Assembly (NCBI GenBank): GCA_030141605.1
Contig: JAQGDQ010000391.1
Span: 62,001-126,000, forward strand
DNA: 64,000 nt
Reading direction: 5' to 3'
Source: Tubiluchus corallicola
Lineage: Eukaryota; Animalia; Priapulida
A program made the position numbers and the translations under genes. A model generated the notes under the pieces. It was not told the DNA's origin. It did not search any database and worked only from the letters and a program-made list of their open reading frames with translations. Below, piece by piece: positions 27,501 through 42,500 of the stretch. Positions within the stretch are counted from its first letter, which is position 1. Each line of letters begins with the position of its first letter.

Positions 27501-30500
27501 CATTTGAAGCAACACCAGTATCAGCAAGCCTTTCTATTTCTTCTCCTTTTATTGAAGCAACACCTTTGGGAGAGACGTCTTTTGTGTCATCACCTTCCTT
27601 TTTTGTCTCATCACCAGAGCTAGTGCCAATGTTAGACTTTGTTTGTCTGACCAGGTAAACCAATAGAGCAACTATGAGACCAAACAATACCACAGTAAGT
27701 AGAATCAGTAGTACACGTCCAGGACAGGCATTTGATTTGCTTGACAGAAGTTTTAGCCTAGTCCATGTTGAGTTACCACTAGTCGGTGACAAAATTATTG
27801 CTTCAGCATAACCACATCGGATTGTGCTATTTGATCCTGCGATGCAAGCACTTAAGCCAACCACCATTTTTCCTTTTGCATTTACATTCAGAGAGATCTT
27901 TCCTTCAGAATTCATTTGGACGACATTTTTGTAGCTTAGAATTGAGTATAACAGCTGCACATTATTGTGAGTTTCAAATGTTGCTTGAACTTGACCAATA
28001 TATGATTCAGCAACTCCTGTACTGCTGAACAAGTAGGAATTTTGAACAAACTTGGGACTTTTCAGTGCAGCATTTTTCACATTAACAGTAACATCAATGG
28101 TTCCTGCTTGCCCATTATTTGCAACATTACGACCCTTTACAACAAGTTCGTAGCGATCCTTGATATATGCATTCAATGTTGACGATAAAACCAGACTTAA
28201 GACTGATATATTTGCCATGTGCGTTTTAGATATGATTAATATAAAGTCATCTACATACGCACCCTGCTTTGTCTTTAATGTGTAGGTAAACTGAGGTTCT
28301 AAATTACCAATTTGAACACCCGTAACGAATATCAATGTGTCATAGTGTTCGTAATCAAACACATCGACTGAAACTTTTTCTGACTTACGCCAGAACTTTC
28401 TGAACATTGCAGAATTTAGAGTGATGTCGATACGCAAGAGTGCCCTATCACAATGTGCAGCAACATCACGCTCTGTCGCTTGAACAAGAGTGTGGTAAAC
28501 AACTGTTTCGTACGAAGCAGCCCAAGGAAGATTCCCAGCAATAGTAATTTCACCATTTGCTTCATCTATTTTAAATATGTTTTCTATTTGGCTTGGGTAC
28601 GGAAAAGAGAAAAACACACCATTTCCTAGTCTATCCATGTCATTTGCTTCAATTTTTGCTGGTTCAACTTTCAGTGGTGCGCTAAAATTTTTTTCGTACA
28701 CTCCGACCTGATACAGATTATGAGAAAATTTGGGATTCTCGTTATTTGCTTTATCTATAAGGACATTAAGGCTAAGTTTTCTAGGCTGTCTTTTAGATGG
28801 CCCAGCATTCCTAATTGGTGGTGCATTGAACTTAGTCTTGGGTATCAACCAGAGATTTAACCTGAGATTCTTTGTGAATTTGTAGTGTACTTTCTTTTTC
28901 AGATAAACAAAAAAGTCAAGTCTCTTTGTTGGTTGATAAGAATTTAAATCCTTATCTACAGTTTTACCTTGGAAATATTCCTCTCCCGTGCAGCTAAAAT
29001 TGCCACCTTGATTCACAAGTTCGCCCATGCATATGAAAAAATTCCTTACATATGCAAATTCGTCCAAGTCTTTGGCGGGAAATTTCCACAATTGTGAGCC
29101 AATTAGAGTGTCTTCAGCAAGAAATAGTTGCCTGCCGGGATAGAAGTCGAATGTAGGAGCATATCGATCCTCGGGCACTATTACAAGGGTAAGTGTAATT
29201 TCATGCCAAAGGACAGGGCGGTTGCGATCACAATACACTGGTTTCCAAAGGCTCCAAGCTTGAAAGCATCCTAAGCAATTAAACTTTAATAAAAGCTTTG
29301 GTTTTTCCTGTTGAAGTTGATTACGTTTATATTTTAACAGATAACTCTCAATTCTTCTATTTGCTGTGAACTCTATAAAAGGACCCAGTGTTATTTTTCG
29401 CCCTGACCTGTCATTTCCTATCTTAAACATGTGATGGTCAGTACGGGTTCCATTTATTGTTGCGTCAGCAAGGTAAGGTTGCGCATAATAAAATGAAAAT
29501 GCAGTACTAAAGTCAGGAATACCCAAACGCATTCTGTTTCCTCTCTTAAATAACTTTTCCGCAACTGTCATTTCGTACTGGACATTTGGTGAAGGGAGGC
29601 ATGCTTTTCGAGGTGCCCTGCCGCCTGTGATGTGCCCGTTTATGTATTTACCTAGGCTGAATCTTGCAATTGTAAAAAGTAAGAACAGCACTTGAAATAG
29701 TTTGCATTCCATGTCACTTTATCAAGAAATATTGTTCCCTCATTGATAACTGCAGCATATTCATTGACACATTTCTTCTTCAAAACTCACTTTATTACAC
29801 AGTTCCATTCGAATTCCATTCGAAATTCTGTTCCATTCGAATTTGTCATTTTCGCTTTATTGTTTTCACGACTATCATTGTGACGTCTTTGTTGAAATTC
29901 TGTATTTAAAATTACATTTTTTTGAAAGCAATCTGAAAAAAAATGAACAATGGCAACCCCACAAATACATGCGTGGTCTGACATTTTTGATTTTTAATAT
30001 TAATAGAAAACTAGCCAAACCCCGCAAAAAAGTCTTGCGCATAAACTCACAACAACCTACACCACACCATACAACCACCCACTTCCCCACTCACAACACA
30101 CCACCCACACCATGCCACACCAACCCACCACTATGATAACGACTATGATGATGATGTCGACATTGGTAACGACAACCTACAGCACCAACACCACAGCACT
30201 GCATCATAGTACAACCATGCAAAACAATTTTGTACACTGTGCGCTACAACAAATGCTCTGACACCCATCCACCCTTGATCAATAATGCACTTATAGTCTA
30301 CACAATTTTGCTTACTGCTTCCTAGATTATAATAGCCTCAGAGATATAACTTACAAGTACAATCTATGACACAGTATCGAACGACGGGTGAGAACAAAGC
30401 CTAGAAACAGCAGCAAAATTTCTTAAACTCAAAGACAATGGATGTTCCAAATGGCAGCACAGGGGTGGAAAAAGAACTAGACGAACAAAATGCTTGTAAA

Positions 30501-33500
30501 AAATAATGAATATGAATTTTAAAGATTAAAAAAAATCTGAATTCATAATCATGCGAATTCATTAGCTTTTTTTCAAAATTGACAAGTAAGAAGGTAAAGC
30601 GGACATAAAAATGACGTAACAAGAGCCCAAGAAATATAATAATTGTTACTGAATTGTATACCGTACGAAAAACGTAATATTTTGGGTACAAATGTTCACC
30701 TGTAAGTGTACTTGCTTAAAAAATTCTTACGCTAACTTAACAATTTTTGCACTTAATCGTAAAGACATATCTTGATGTGCAAAGGGGCAAACGGTCTCGC
30801 CTCTGCGTGTGGTGCTCGAAACGCTCGTGGTGTCTTTGCGCCTATTATATTAAGGCACTTTACAGTTCCAGGGACTGATGGTGATCGTGAACAAGTCAAA
30901 GGTTAGGTGTACCAGAGAACCATTTATGTACACTATACAACGTCTAATAGTAACAGTCTTAACAGCTAGCTAGAACCTTATCTATCTCATTTTTTTGTTA
31001 CCAAGCGAGATCCTGCTAGTAAATCACTCTATGCAGACACTAATGCATAGGTAAGTAAAGTCCACGTAAAACGACGGAAATTACTGAACGTTAGCTGCCG
31101 ACGGTTTTTCTTTACCCGTATGTCACGTGACGGTTGTAGTTAAGACGCTTTGCCGTGGTACACTTAACCTTTGACCTACAACTGCACCTGCGCACAACGA
31201 AACTGTGAAAATACTTATTACTTAACAACTGAAGTTGGTATGGCATATTTTTGACAATTTAACACGTTCAAAGCATTAATTTTGTTCGTTCTTATTTTGT
31301 TTGTTAGTTTTGTTTTTCTCTTCTTCCAAAGCAGTGTTACATTTTTTTCTGTTTTCAAAAATGTGTTGCTGTCTACTTGAATGTAACTATACATTTACGG
31401 TTAACCCTTTCCCTCTGCTTATAAACAACATGAACAATGAAGCAACATTAAATGCGGAAGAAAGAAGTTAATTCTGATTTTCACTAAACACAGCTATTAA
31501 AATTGGCTTGCAAAAATTGGAGCAACAGTGCAAGTGTGATGAAATGTATGTATAATAAATCATTTTATTCACAAATACGCCGTGACATGCGCATCAGCAC
31601 CGTCCGCGCACTACGTCACAATATGCCGATGCGCATGTCACGGTGTCCTTGTGAAGAAAACGTAAAAAAGCAGTAGAAAAACTGAAATTACAGGGTGAAG
31701 TATTGAATTTTATATTTTATAAAAAGTGAAATCAAGTAACTCGCCAGATATCTAATCCTTTGCGCTCCATGCCGGTTCACATTAAGGAGCAGGTGCTGAG
31801 GTGGAAAATGCACCTGCCTGTTAGCCCACTGAACAGACAAAACCGTTCCACAGCGGGAGTGTTATACGCCACTATACAATGGCTTCTTATGGCCCCTGTA
31901 ACAATACATACATATGCATATCACAAATGTTAAGACAATTTTCAGTTTCCGTATAAAATTTTCATAATATTTCACTCATTTTCACTGTAATGTAGCTTTT
32001 TAAATATTCTTGCTAACTATCTTAAAACTGATTTGGAAAGACCAAAGAAAATTGTATAAAGATCATCGGTAAGAATCTCATTCTTGAGCACACCGTTCTG
32101 TGTAATGATATGTTAAAGGAAATTATGGCAGACAACTTTCATCCTCTACATAAAGAATTTACATTTCTTTCACACTTTCACACAAAATAGAATTAAACGT
32201 GCCCCTTTCAAGAACAAATCGATTTTCGTTTCTTTCCACTCAAATTAAAGTATTCAATAATAGTTAAGCACTTTTCAACTTTTAAAGCTTTATTTTGATT
32301 GTAACGCAAATTCATTTTTGTAACATAGATGCATTTACATTTACATGCACAGTTGAATTTAATTGAAATTGCAGACTTGTGCTAATTGTTTCTTAAGTAG
32401 TCCGTGCAAATAAACAAAAAGGAAAATTTCCTGTATACCAATAGTATACATTACCTATAAGTGTGTCTATGTCTAAGTCTATGTCTATGTCTATGGCTGT
32501 CTATGTTTATGTCTAGGTGTATTATTATCCATGTCTAAGTCTGTGTCTGTATCTGTGTGTGTATCTATGTCTATGTCTATGTCTATGTCTATATTTGTGT
32601 TTTCATAAGTTGTAGTTAACTTTTTGAAATTCAGCAACAATGGAGCTTACGTTTTCTATGACAACAGATTCATGCCTCTGCTTACGGAAAATGAAACGCT
32701 CAAATACTCAGCCGACTTACATTTTGTTGGTCGAATGTCCGGGAAGAAGTCAGAAAAGGAAGCTTGTAATTCTGGTTTGCTTTTGCAGGTTTTTAATCGC
32801 TGGTTATCATTGGATATTATGACGTTTAATTTAAAGTGACTGGAATTGATTCAAACTGAAGAAAGAAGTAAGTAGAAATGGCAACCATATAATTCTTTCA
32901 GCATTTACTTCTGTTTTTTTAGTTTTATTTTCTATTTTCAGTGGTGCTTCTTGTAGAAGAACCAATGACGGGATTGGATAGTTTCAGTGCAAACAGCGTG
33001 GTTTCATTGCTGTCCAGATTTGCCAAGAAGTACTTCCGCATAGTCATTTTCACTGCCCATCGTCCACAGTCAGACATCTTCCCTCTTCTAGATCGTGTAA
33101 CGTACCTGTGTGCAGGAGAATTCGTTTTCACTGGTAGGTGATGCCACTTGTCTATCCTGCGTCTAGTAGGTAGGTCTCTGCTTTCACTGATGGCTTCACG
33201 TCCTTCGATGACACCAAACCATTTATGTCTGATAGTAATGTACTACAAAATCTTTTATTTACGTATCAGCTTACAGCTGTATTTTTGATTTATTAATATT
33301 TCTAATTATAACTTTAATATGCGATTTAGACATTTGCTACAATCATTTTTCCCTTTAGCTTTGCTATAACTATTTACTGCACTATTTCTTTGTAGACTAA
33401 TCAATGCGCTGCCGGACTACATCTATTACACGAGCTATGTGTCCATATATCGCTATGCTGGATACCTAATAGCAAACGATGAATTTCGAGAAATGGGCAA

Positions 33501-36500
33501 CACCACATGCGACGCAGAGGACAGAGTCAGGGGTCTGTGCCGGTTTCCTAGTGGTCAAAGCCTGATGGAGACGTTCTGGCCAGTGGACAACCAGAGTCTG
33601 ATTGACAGTTTTGGAGTAATGTTTATCATGTATGGCTGTCTCTGCATAGTAACGTTACTGATATACAATCTGCCCATAAAAAACAAACAAAAGCTTGAGC
33701 AATTTCGACAATAACTGAAGAGGTAATTTGTTATTTGCACAAACTGAAAGGCTAATGTTTGAACTAGAAAATTAAAAATATAATTTATTTATGATAATTG
33801 TAGTCAAATCTAGACTAATGAAGTTTTTTCTAACACTCAAAGCCATTGACTGAAATTTGCTTATGCCTGTTGTTGCCTTTACCACATTTTCACCATAAAT
33901 TTTTAGCAGCAATAGCATTTAGAGGTAAAGGTTCACATGTTTCTGTACTTTAATTAGACATTTAGCAAATTCACTTTTATTAAGTCTGATGTCTGATCGA
34001 ATGAATGAGTACCTACCAGCATAATGTATATAAACTTGTATTATAAATTTTTATGACAAACTTTATATTGTAATTATTGGGTTGGTGAATTAATATTTTT
34101 TTATATTTGATGTCATGCTGTTTATATAAAAATTAATACAACATTTATCTAAATAATACTACTGTTGCTTTGTGCATCATTTTTATTGTTATTTTAGTTT
34201 TTAATGATCTGGTGGAACCATTTTAAAATCGCCCGTCTTTACACAAACAGTGCTAAATTCATGTGGAGTGAATTAAGTTAGGACCAACTTACTTCAGTTT
34301 GTCTATCGTTCAATACAAGCAATACATACAATATCTACTCGCCAAGAACGAATTTCTTCTTACACTTAATAAGTTACTCAAAGTGGAAACACAAAAATTA
34401 CGGTTGTCATGTTACTAGGAAATGTCTGAAAATGATGCCAGTGAAATCACTGCAGTGTTTTTTTAAAGCAAACTTTAACTAGACACAATTGCAGACAAAA
34501 AGAAGCAATATTATTTTACCAACTTTAACGTGCAGCACGAAATTACCTTAAATTTTAACAATGATATTATCTGTACATAATTCATTATAATTTTGCGTAA
34601 CAGTTTTAGTATATTTATAAGTTTGTATACACAGAAGAAGGTTTAAATAATTATATCGACATTTTACACAATAGTTATAAGTGTTTAAACATCTAAGCTA
34701 AGTCTATACATATAAATTTCGCTGCATTGCGTTTCTGTCAATTGGCAACCATATTTAGCCATAGAGGAAACCTTCATATTTTCAAAAAAGAATAGACAGA
34801 GAAAGAAACAAATATAAACCGTTTCTATTTTAAATTAAAACAGCTGACAGTTGGCAGTATTTGCAACTACTGAGTGCTACAGTGACATAATGGCTATGTA
34901 TCATTGCTTGCTGCGAAAACAGTGTTGAAGAACTGTATAGGCGGATAAAGATTGCTCTTAGTAAATGGGGTACCTAAAACAAATTGCAACAAAACTTTTC
35001 TCTTCGGGAGCGGAATTTTGGCCCAAGTAGGCGCCATTTTGCATTTATGCGTACATATACGATTGCTATTTGTTCAAAGTTGTTTACTATCTTTACGTCC
35101 TAGTACTCTTCTGTATTAATTGTAAAAAGTGCAAAATACCGCTAAACCTGAAAGGGATGCTGAACAGCTTTGCTAAGTATTTTGTAAACGAAGTGCAAGT
35201 TGAATAAAAAACAAAAAGCGTTGACGAAAACAATGAAAACGAAAATCCACACAGTTATTTGTAACTATACCCTAAACGTGAATGATTTTAAAAAATATAT
35301 GTCCAACCCGTATTTTTACAAATCGTAGACTAATTTCAAGAACACTAAAACCGTTTTAGTATAGTATACGCTACGAATGCTTATCCGTTTTTCATCTAAA
35401 CTTGTTTCAAAAGACTTATCATCAAGATGGCTGCACGAACCTGGAGGTTAAAAATTAAATTTTCAAATTTCATACAGAGTTGCTGCTAATAAAAGCTCTG
35501 TGCGCAATAAGAGAGCATCTTGGTGACACAAAATTTCAAGACGAATTTCTAGCTTTACGTAAGTAAAATGTTTTTGGTGCTTTAACAGGCAACATTAACA
35601 CTAACGGCTGTTTAACGACATGCACGGAGCAACGTAGAAAAGGGCTCTATAAACAAACTAATGGCATAGATTATATAACGTTTGCAACCACTAAATTCGA
35701 ACTCAAGACTCCGAAGTCTAGATCACTCAACCCGAGACAATGCTTATGGCTAAATCATTAAGCTAATCTTCGAAATTAACTTCAGGAAGCTCTGAATTGT
35801 TTCAAGTGAAAACGTGAACTCTGAGGTGCCCCAGAACATGTATAACACACTGGAGTTACAAGGTGTTTGATACGTCGAGGACGAAGGATCTTGGTACGAT
35901 TTTGTTCTGTGCAAACGACCAGTGAAGGGCTCGTGTTGAAAGATGTCAGCATGGAGGTTCGTAGCGGGGAGGTCATGTGTGTCATGGGATTCAGCAGGTA
36001 AGTCATGAACTTTTACCTTGCACTGTTAGTTTTTATAATTCTCTATTTCAGCTTGTAGACATAGTCTTAAGCCATAAAAAGGCAGTATTACTATAAAATT
36101 AAATATAGAAACAAAAACTTACAATTTACAGAAAAAATAAGAATAGTTAAAATATTTACGAAAATCACATGCATTAAAAGTACATTAAAATTGCATTCCA
36201 ATGGGCGGAGATTTTAGAACATATAAAACATTACCATTGTTAATTACATGTTTTAATAAACAATTACGAGATTTTAAAACATGGCATCTAAGATTTCAAG
36301 TACACTTACGCAAAATACCTTTAAAATGATCAATATCATTTTCTTCACAGATTGTAGATTGCATTTTAGCATAGCTGTGTGGTAAGCAGAATTTATCTAA
36401 TTAAAATTGTACAAGTAATATTTAGTCCAGAGATTGGGACAAAAAAATCACCAACAAAATGACTTAATTGGCGCACGTTTTACACCTTCAGCATGACACC

Positions 36501-39500
36501 TACTCACGAGTAACTCATGATCTATCAAGAATCAGATTCTGATCATTTTTCAGATTCAGATTACGTTTCGTAGTCGTAAACAATAAATAGGTGTATGTAG
36601 TTTATTTACTAAAACAAGTTACATGTATACACGAGAAATTCTGCCATCGATACAGTAGTGATTTTAGTCCAAATGTCACTTTACGTATATTTCCTGCTCA
36701 AGGTTATAGCATTAAAAACAGTGTTATGCATACAAGGTAAATCAGCATAAAAGGTGCAAAAATTTCATAACATATTATATAACAATTAGGGTGCTCAAAG
36801 AAGTGAGTTAAATCAGCAAAGTTTACATTGTCATAGCGGTTTCTAATATTTGATATTTGTCATTAGCATGTCCTTTTCTGAAGACTTGGCTCTATTGGTC
36901 GTGCGGTATGGTTTATTTTGTGCTCGCATACCTCATCTTTCGACTTTTTCGTCTGCTGTGTAATTCCATCGGTCCATATATTTTGAGACGGATCCTAACT
37001 GGACAATATTAATTATACTAGCCAAACCCGGCAAACAGAATTTTCTACATAAACTCACAACAACAACCACACCACATTACGCTGCCACCTAGCACCCCAC
37101 TCACAACACACCACCCACACCATACCACATCAACCCACGGCACCACTCACAACATACCACCCACCCAACACCACACCTCCCACTATACCGCATTGCAACA
37201 CCACACCACACCCACATCACTCTACACCACACCATCCACACCTTACCACCCCACCAAATTATCCATATTGCATCACCTACACCACACCGTCAGTACCGTA
37301 CCACACCACCAGATTATCCACACCACATCACCCACACCACACCGTCAATACCACACCACACCGTCAATACCACATCTACCCCACCACACCATCAATGGCA
37401 CAACACCCACAACACACCATCCACACTCTTCTCAGTCCTCTGTACCTTGGCAACTCGAGGCAAGGCGTCCACAACATTATGATACCTGTAATTCATTTCA
37501 TGCGGCTTCCTGTTAGATCGCATCAGTAGGCAGAAAAATTTTCTTGCATTGCTAAAACATTTGACCAACGGTAACAATGTGATGGATGTTTATTTCTCAT
37601 ACTTCTCCAAACTGAGAAGCCTATTAAATTTCATTGAATGTAACTTATGCAAACTCTAGTGCATCAAATGTAACATAGGCAAAACAAAGAAAATTTATTT
37701 GTTTCAGAATTTCTAGCAAAAACAATATCTGAATATGTTTCAAAAAACCGATAAACATAAATTGACCTACTACAGCAACTACACAATGTTTAAAAACTGG
37801 TAAATGGAAGAAAAGACTGTAAAACAAATATTTTCTGTTCCATTAATTTCTGTTTACAATGACAACTATTTTTTTGTTCCAACGAGACCGTCTGACACCT
37901 TCTCAAGTGTTTCTGCTGAAATGGCTCCTGCACAATTATCTTCTAATTCTTATCCTTCTACAGAAGCAACCTCAACATCCGCATGCTCCTCTCCCTTTCT
38001 TCTTTTTCTCAAATCATTCTTTGTTTCAGCATTGTCTTCTGCTTCATCTTTTTCTACTAAAGTAACTTTAATATCCATATGCTTTTCTGCATTACTTCTT
38101 TTTTTGTGACTCACCTTCTGTTTCAACACCATCTTCTTTTTCATTTCTTTTAACCACGTCATTTTCATTTGAAGCAACATCATTAGCAGCAAGCCTTTCT
38201 ATTTCTTCTCCTTTTAGTGAAGCAACACCTTTGGCAGAGACGTCTTTTGTTACACCTTCCTTTTTTGTCTCATCACCAGAACTCGTGCTAATGTTAGACT
38301 TTGTTTGTCTGACAATGTTAACCAATAGAGCAACTATGAGTCCAAACAATACCATAGTAAGTAGAATCAGTAGTGCGAGTCCAGAAGAGGCATTTGATTT
38401 ACTTGACAGATGTTTTGGATCCGTCCATGGTGAGTTACCATCAATCGGTGACAAAATTATTGCTTCAGCATAATCACATCGGATTTTGCTATTTGATCCT
38501 GCGATGCAAGCACTTAAGCCAATCACCATTTTTCCTTTTGCATTTACAGTCAGAGAGATCTTTCCTTTGGAATTCATTTGGGCGACGTTTTTGAAGTTTA
38601 GAATTGAGTATAACAGCTGCACATTATTGCGAGTTTCAAATGTTGCTTGAACTTGACCAATATATGATCCAGCAACTCCAGTACTGTCGAATAAATAGGC
38701 TTTTTGAGTGAACTTAGGACTTCTCAGTGCCGCATTTTTCACATTAACAGTAATATCAATGGTTCCTGCTTGCCCATTATTTGCAGCATTACGAGCCTTT
38801 ACAACAAGTTCGTAGCGATCCTTGATATATGCATTCAATGTTGACGACAAAACCAGACTTAAGACTGATATATTTGCCATGTGCGTTTTAGATATGATTA
38901 ATATAAAGTCATCTACATACGCACCCTGCTTTGTCTTTAATGTGTAGGTAAACTGAGGTTCTAAATTACCAATTTGAACACCCGTAACGAATATCAATGT
39001 GTCATAGTGTTCGTAATCAAACACATCGACTGAATTTTTTTCTGAATTACGTCTGAACATTCTGAACAATGCAGAATTTAGAGTGATGTCGATACGCAAG
39101 AGTGCTCTATCACAATGTGTAGCAACATCACGTTCTGTCGCTTGAACAAGAGTGTGGTAAACAACTGTTTCGTAGGAAGCAGCTGCAGGAAGATTCTCAG
39201 CAATAGTAATTTCACCATTTGCTTCATCTATTTTAAATTTGTTTTCTATTTGGCTTGGGTACGGAAAAGAGAAAAACACAACATTTCCTAGTCTATCTTT
39301 GTCATTTGCTTCAATTTTTGCTGGTTCAACTTTCAGTGGTGCGCTAAAATTTTCTTTATACACTCCGACCTGATACAGATTATGAGAAAATTTGGGATTC
39401 TCGTTATTTGCTTTATCTATAAGAACGTTGAGGCTAAGCTTTCTAGGTTGTCTTTTAGATGGCTCAGCATTCCCAATTCGTGGTGCATTGAACTTAGTCT

Positions 39501-42500
39501 TGGGTATCAACCAGAGATTTAACCTGAGATTCTTTGTGAGTTTGTAGTGTACTTTCTTATTCAGATAAACACAAAAGTCAAGTCTCTTTGCTGGTTGATA
39601 AGAATTGATATCTTTTTCTGTAGTTTTACCTTGAAAATATTCCTCTCCCGTGCAGCTAAAATTACTACCTTGATTCACAAGTTCGCCCATGCATATGATA
39701 AAATTCCTTACATATGCAAATTCGTCCAAGTCTTTGGCGGGAAATTTCCACAATTGTGAGCCAATTAGAGTGTCTTCAGCAAGAAATAGTTGCCTGAGGT
39801 AGTTGAAGTCGAATACAGGAGCATATCGATCCTCAGGCACTATTACAAGGGTAAGTGTAATTTCATGCCAAAGGCCAGGGCGGTTGCGAGAACAATACAA
39901 TGGTTGCCAAATGGTCCAAACTTCAAAGCATCCTAAGCAATTAAACTTTAATAAAAGCTTTGGTTTTTCCTGTTGAAGTTGATTACGTTTATATTCTAAC
40001 AGATAACCCTCAATTCTTCTATTTGCCGTGTACTCTATAAAAGGACCCAGTGTTATTTTTCGCCCTGACCTGTCATTTCCTACCTTAAACAAGTGATGGT
40101 CAGTACGGGTTCCGTTTATTGTTGCATCAGTAAGGTAAGGTTGTGCATAATGAAATGAATTTACACTAAAAAAGTCAGGAATACCCAAACGCATTCTATT
40201 TCCTCTCTTAAATAACTTTTCCGCAACTGTCATTTCGTACTGGACATTTCGTGAAGGGAGGCATGCTTTTCGAGGTGCCCTGCCGCCTGTGATGTGCCCG
40301 TTTATGTATTCACCTAAGCTGAATCTCGCAATTGTAAAAAGTAAGAACAGCACTTCAAATAGTTTGCATTCCATGTCACTCATTCTAACTGCAGCATATT
40401 CATTGACACATTTCTTCTCCAAAACTCACTTTGTTACACAGTTCCATTCGAATTCCATGGCTATAATTGTGACTGCATTGTTGAAATTCTGTAATTTAAA
40501 ATTACATTTTTCTTTTAGTCTGAAAGCAATCTGAAAAAAAATGAACAATGGCAACCCTACAAATACATGCGTGGGTTGACATTTTTGATTGTTAATATTA
40601 ATAGAAAACTTGCCAAACCCCGCAAAAAAGTCTTGTGCATAAACTCACAACAACCTACACCACACCATACAACCACCCTCTTCCCCACTCACAACACAGC
40701 ACCCACACCACACCACACCAACCCATCGCACCACTCACAAACCGCCACCCACAGTTCACCACAACCCACACCACCCACACCGCACCACTCTACACCATAC
40801 TGCCCCACCACAGTGCCCCACAACATTATCCACACCACATCACAAACACCACTCCATCAATACCACACCACTCTACCCACACTGCTCCACCAATACCTCA
40901 CATACCTTACCACCCCACCACATCATCCACAGCACAACACCCACTACACACCATTCACAGGACACCCACCACACCAACAACACCACACCCACCACGTCAC
41001 ATGGAGATGATGATGTTGACGACTGTGATAATGATTTCGACATCAATAACGACAACCTACAGCACCAACGCCAACAGCACTGCATCATAGTAAAACCATG
41101 CAAAACAATTTTGTATAAAGACAATACTGTGCGCTATAACAAATGCTGTTACACCCATCCACCCTTGATCAATAATGCACGGACATTCTACACAATTTTG
41201 CTTACTTCTTTCTAGATTGTAATAGCCTCACAGATATAACTTGCAAGTACAATCTATGACACAGTATAGGATAACGGATGAGAACAATGCCTAGAACAGC
41301 CACGAAATTTCTTGAACTCAAAGACAACGCATGTTTCAAATGGCAGCACAGGGGTAGAAAAAGAACTTCGAAATACACCCTGTTTCGTCTAGTATACATC
41401 TCTCCGAGTGAAGCTATAAACACTTTGTAGACCGGTTCGTCCTCATCTGCGAGTTTATTTTTTTCTCAACTTTTTTCAATAGTTGCACAAATCAAGCTTT
41501 TTGGAGGTTGTTTTGTGCAGCTTTTAAGAAAGTTTCGGTATATAGGTCCCGGAAAATGTCCGTAGCGGGTATTAGTGGCCCTTCCGCGAAATCTAAATTG
41601 AACGGGTAACACCCACTATATAACAGGCTATCTGACCATTACCAGCAGCACACGGAGTACGTTCCCATTCTCTAGAAACAAGAGGTATAAATTTTGCGAA
41701 ACATGGTTCAAAAGGGAGATTTTTGCAGGTTTTTCGCCCGCCCCCCGCCTGTTTCTCCCGGTGGACGTGATTCTAAAAGTATTACCACAATGAAAAATCT
41801 GTGCGTCCGGACCTTTTGTTTGGTGTATAGATCGCCTAAAGTGTAGCCTCGTCGATTATGTATCCATATATAACCGATACATCCAAGTAGTCTTCGTGGT
41901 TATAATGGCCATATATATATATATATTCGTTACATTGTCATGACCTTGAAAATTAATATAATTTTTTATGGACACACACTCTTCTTTAGAAACTAATCTT
42001 CCCTTTACAACCGTTTAAACTAGTTTGCTGTTAGTTTTCCGCTCTGTTTCAGTCTCTCAATCACCTGTCATTGCATTTGTTAGAGTTTATTAATCAGTTT
42101 AACTTAATCCCTGTCTAATTCTAATGGTTCTGACGTTAGGTATCCAGTTCCAGCCTTTTTACACACTCATATTGCTCCATCATACTTTACGCTAGTACGA
42201 TTCATTGGATTCACTGCGTTAGATTTCATTGTTCATGCCACTTATCATTGGGTGATTGTTTTAAATTGATAACAATGATAACATCCTGTAGCTTTTAAGA
42301 ACGCTCTCGTCCTAAGTCCTTTAAGTATTGCTTGTTTTTCCACGCCATTTTGTCACAAAATGAATTTTTACTAGACGAAAAACTTGACCGAATAATAATG
42401 TAGCACAACGAACGTCATAGAACTTACTGGAAATTATTAGTGATATGAACGGAATTCGTTATCAGTCAACAAGGTGTACATCTGCAAGCAAAACAGACTT

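Larger units (their letters stand above)
25197..33714 (+). pseudogene. ABCG5-like pseudogene, unit 2 (exon 1 25197-25407 frameshifted; exon 3 32635-32758 with donor lost; exon 5 32942-33133; terminal exon 33396-33714)
   Basis: Indels and a TGA in exon 1; deletions at ~30480, ~30660 (exon 2), ~32920 (exon 4), ~33212 (exons 6-11) relative to unit 3. Confidence 0.85.
25187..35775 (+). repeat. Segmental tandem duplication unit 2
   Basis: Colinear copy with four large internal deletions. Confidence 0.9.

Noticed and set aside
35943-35997. Rescue of unit 3 via an internal ATG in its broken exon 1 (MSAWRF...WDSAG)
   Set aside because: In frame with exon 2 but replaces the NBD N-terminal strands with frameshifted sequence, and the unit lacks the original upstream region
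40375-40422. N-terminal extension MEKKCVNEY... of cadherin copies 3 and 4
   Set aside because: Starts at TTG; the homologous ATG with signal peptide is at 40374 and 61845
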